From positions 47,639-67,638 of the forward strand of contig JAXGZF010000012.1 of the NCBI GenBank assembly GCA_040771865.1: a stretch of DNA of 20,000 nt. Direction: 5' to 3'. Below the pieces are notes generated by a model, which worked only from the letters and a program-made list of their open reading frames with translations, had not been told where the DNA came from and searched no databases. Shown here one piece after another: positions 18,647 through 20,000 of the stretch. The DNA comes from Desulfobacterales bacterium. Lineage in GTDB: Bacteria > Desulfobacterota > Desulfobacteria > Desulfobacterales > UBA2245. Each line of letters starts with the position of its first letter. The first letter of the stretch is position 1. The translations under genes and the position numbers were made by a program.

Positions 18647-18994
18647 TTATTTGCTCTTGATGGCTCGAAAGGCCGAGTCGTCGGCCAGATGCAGATAGAT
18701 GCGGCCGTTCAATTCGCCATTTTCAACGATCGCCCAACCCCGGCCGCAAGCCGAATCATTTTCATCCTGCCCGGACCATGAGAATTCGAAACGGGGCGAA
18801 TTGCCGCATTGCTCCACCCGGCCATCGATATCCCCGGATACCAGCCCAAACTGAAATTGCCCGGTTCCATCCGAGCCGATGCGGATGTATCCCGGCACCT
18901 CCATATCCACATAATCCCGGTCCCACATCTCCATCTCGGCGATGCGCCACTTTCCGGCAAATGGTTTCATCTGCTTCATAGGATGCCTTTCCAT
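18647..18994 (-). CDS. Conserved hypothetical protein, beta-rich
   Basis: GAGGGAGG RBS; GKWRIAEMEMWD...GQFQFG...FSWSG.DE...GRGWA...GRIY; 8 nt upstream of the next gene (operon-like). Confidence 0.8.
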   Translation of the reverse strand: MERHPMKQMKPFAGKWRIAEMEMWDRDYVDMEVPGYIRIGSDGTGQFQFGLVSGDIDGRVEQCGNSPRFEFSWSGQDENDSACGRGWAIVENGELNGRIYLHLADDSAFRAIKSK

Positions 18995-19083
18995 AACCTC
19001 CCTCTGTCGCCGCCAAGTTCCCCCAGGATGTCACAGCGCTTGCCATAGCTCTGTCACAAGCCGTGTCGCGAGTTTGTCGCAAG

Positions 19084-19143
19084 TTATCCACCACCGTGCT
19101 GGGCCATCACCTGACGGCCCTTGTCGGTCAGCCGGTATTTCTG
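19084..19143 (-). pseudogene. C-terminal stub of a Fic-like/winged-helix-tailed protein
   Basis: QKYRLTDKGRQVMAQHGGG* matches the Q.YRLT.KG terminal motif of Fic-associated C-terminal wHTH domains; similarity is lost immediately upstream. Confidence 0.55.
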
Positions 19144-19171
19144 CTTGATAGGGAAAGCAAAAAATTTTCAG

Positions 19172-19192
19172 GGTGCGGAGAAGAGAACCCCT
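19172..19192 (-). mobile_element. Putative att site: degenerate tRNA 3' fragment (tRNA-Leu-like)
   Basis: Minus strand AGGGGTTC-T-CT-TCTCCGC-A-CC resembles T-arm, acceptor 3' strand, discriminator A and CC, with about 6 nt missing from the T-loop/stem. Confidence 0.45.
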
Positions 19193-19380
19193 TTTTCTGA
19201 AACTGGTGTGGGCGAACCGAAACCGTGGCCCCGAAAAACCGGAGCAACTCGCGGATATAAAAAACAAACCCGTCAAACACACCGGTCTCGATGCTTGAAC
19301 GGGTTATCTTGGCGGCGTCTATCACATTCGAGACTTATCTATTTGAATTTACAATTTTTTCAAGATCATCATTTTCTCTG

Positions 19381-19402
19381 CTACCCCAAATTCTACCCCA
19401 AA
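19381..19402. repeat. Direct repeat CTACCCCAAA x2, resembling integrase arm-type sites
   Basis: CTACCCCAAA at 19381-19390 and 19393-19402 (12-bp period) in an AT-rich tract about 190 nt from the putative att. Confidence 0.55.
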
Positions 19403-19429
19403 AACGAAAAAGATTAAAGCTTAGACTAA

Positions 19430-19993
19430 CTATGAATCAATTAAATTTTCTTTTTGTCGAAGTCGTTTCATCCCGGCACGTTTTTGACAAGCTGGGCTAC
19501 AATATGCCTGTCGTTTCTTTGTTGGGGCGTAAAAAAGCTTCCCACAATCTGCACAGCGACGGAAAGAATCGGGCCTGTGTCCTTGCAATGCTTTAAGGAA
19601 TGCCAGCGCGCCCTGTGGAAATGTAATTCTTTCGCCTGTTATGTCGTCCTGGAGGGCAATTTCGGCTGTCGGGTCCTTATCACCCAGCACGAAAAGCGAA
19701 TCCTTATCCCTTGCACCCCATCTAAACAGCTTTGGAGCTGCAAATGAAAGCTGTCCATTGCGATCAAGGCGGTCAAAAAGCCAAGTTAGGCATTTTAACC
19801 ACCCGTTCTTGAATTCGAAAACTTCCGTCCACTCTTCCGCAGACGGCATCGGCGCGACGATTGGCGGTTCGAACACGTCTCCCCTTTTCAAATATTTCAT
19901 TTCGGCAACCCACATGTCGCGCTGGTTGTCTGGAATGTCATCAAGGTTTCGCTGTGCCAGTTCCAGCAGCCGATTCACAAATTCAACGTACAT
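19430..19993 (-). CDS. CGNR-like zinc-finger protein; may be 5'-truncated by the window edge
   Basis: C-terminal FRRCADCGKLFY...YCSPACQKRAGMKRLR; frame stays open (GGA GCA ATG) to position 20000. Confidence 0.75.
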   Translation of the reverse strand: MYVEFVNRLLELAQRNLDDIPDNQRDMWVAEMKYLKRGDVFEPPIVAPMPSAEEWTEVFEFKNGWLKCLTWLFDRLDRNGQLSFAAPKLFRWGARDKDSLFVLGDKDPTAEIALQDDITGERITFPQGALAFLKALQGHRPDSFRRCADCGKLFYAPTKKRQAYCSPACQKRAGMKRLRQKENLIDS

Positions 19994-20000
19994 TGCTCCC

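Noticed and set aside
19172..19260. Complete tRNA gene
   Set aside because: No matching 5' acceptor strand, D arm or anticodon arm upstream; only a damaged 3' fragment is visible.

Overview
Mostly core chromosome of an anaerobic Gram-negative bacterium; the gene set suggests Desulfobacterota/deltaproteobacteria (inference). In order: Nudix hydrolase and class II FBP aldolase, RidA, an ABM-family protein, an LpoA-like lipoprotein with waaA, kdsD-pfk, a peroxiredoxin, sbcCD, a repeat-rich lipoprotein and a Ca2+/Na+ antiporter. The clearest hidden feature is a selenocysteine peroxiredoxin (PrxU-like) that the ORF track splits in two. It has an in-frame TGA at the peroxidatic position, a SECIS-like hairpin 10 nt downstream, no C-terminal resolving Cys, and two in-frame starts with strong RBSs, only the longer form carrying an N-terminal Cys. 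The last ~2.1 kb is accessory DNA. It holds decayed island genes (an SF2 helicase/TOTE-like gene and a DUF6155-like gene, each apparently collapsed by an internal deletion, plus a Fic-like C-terminal stub), a degenerate tRNA 3'-end (probable att site), integrase arm-type-like direct repeats and a CGNR-like zinc-finger gene. I read this as the end of a tRNA-targeted integrative element abutting older island debris. No database searches were run; family calls come from motif recognition.
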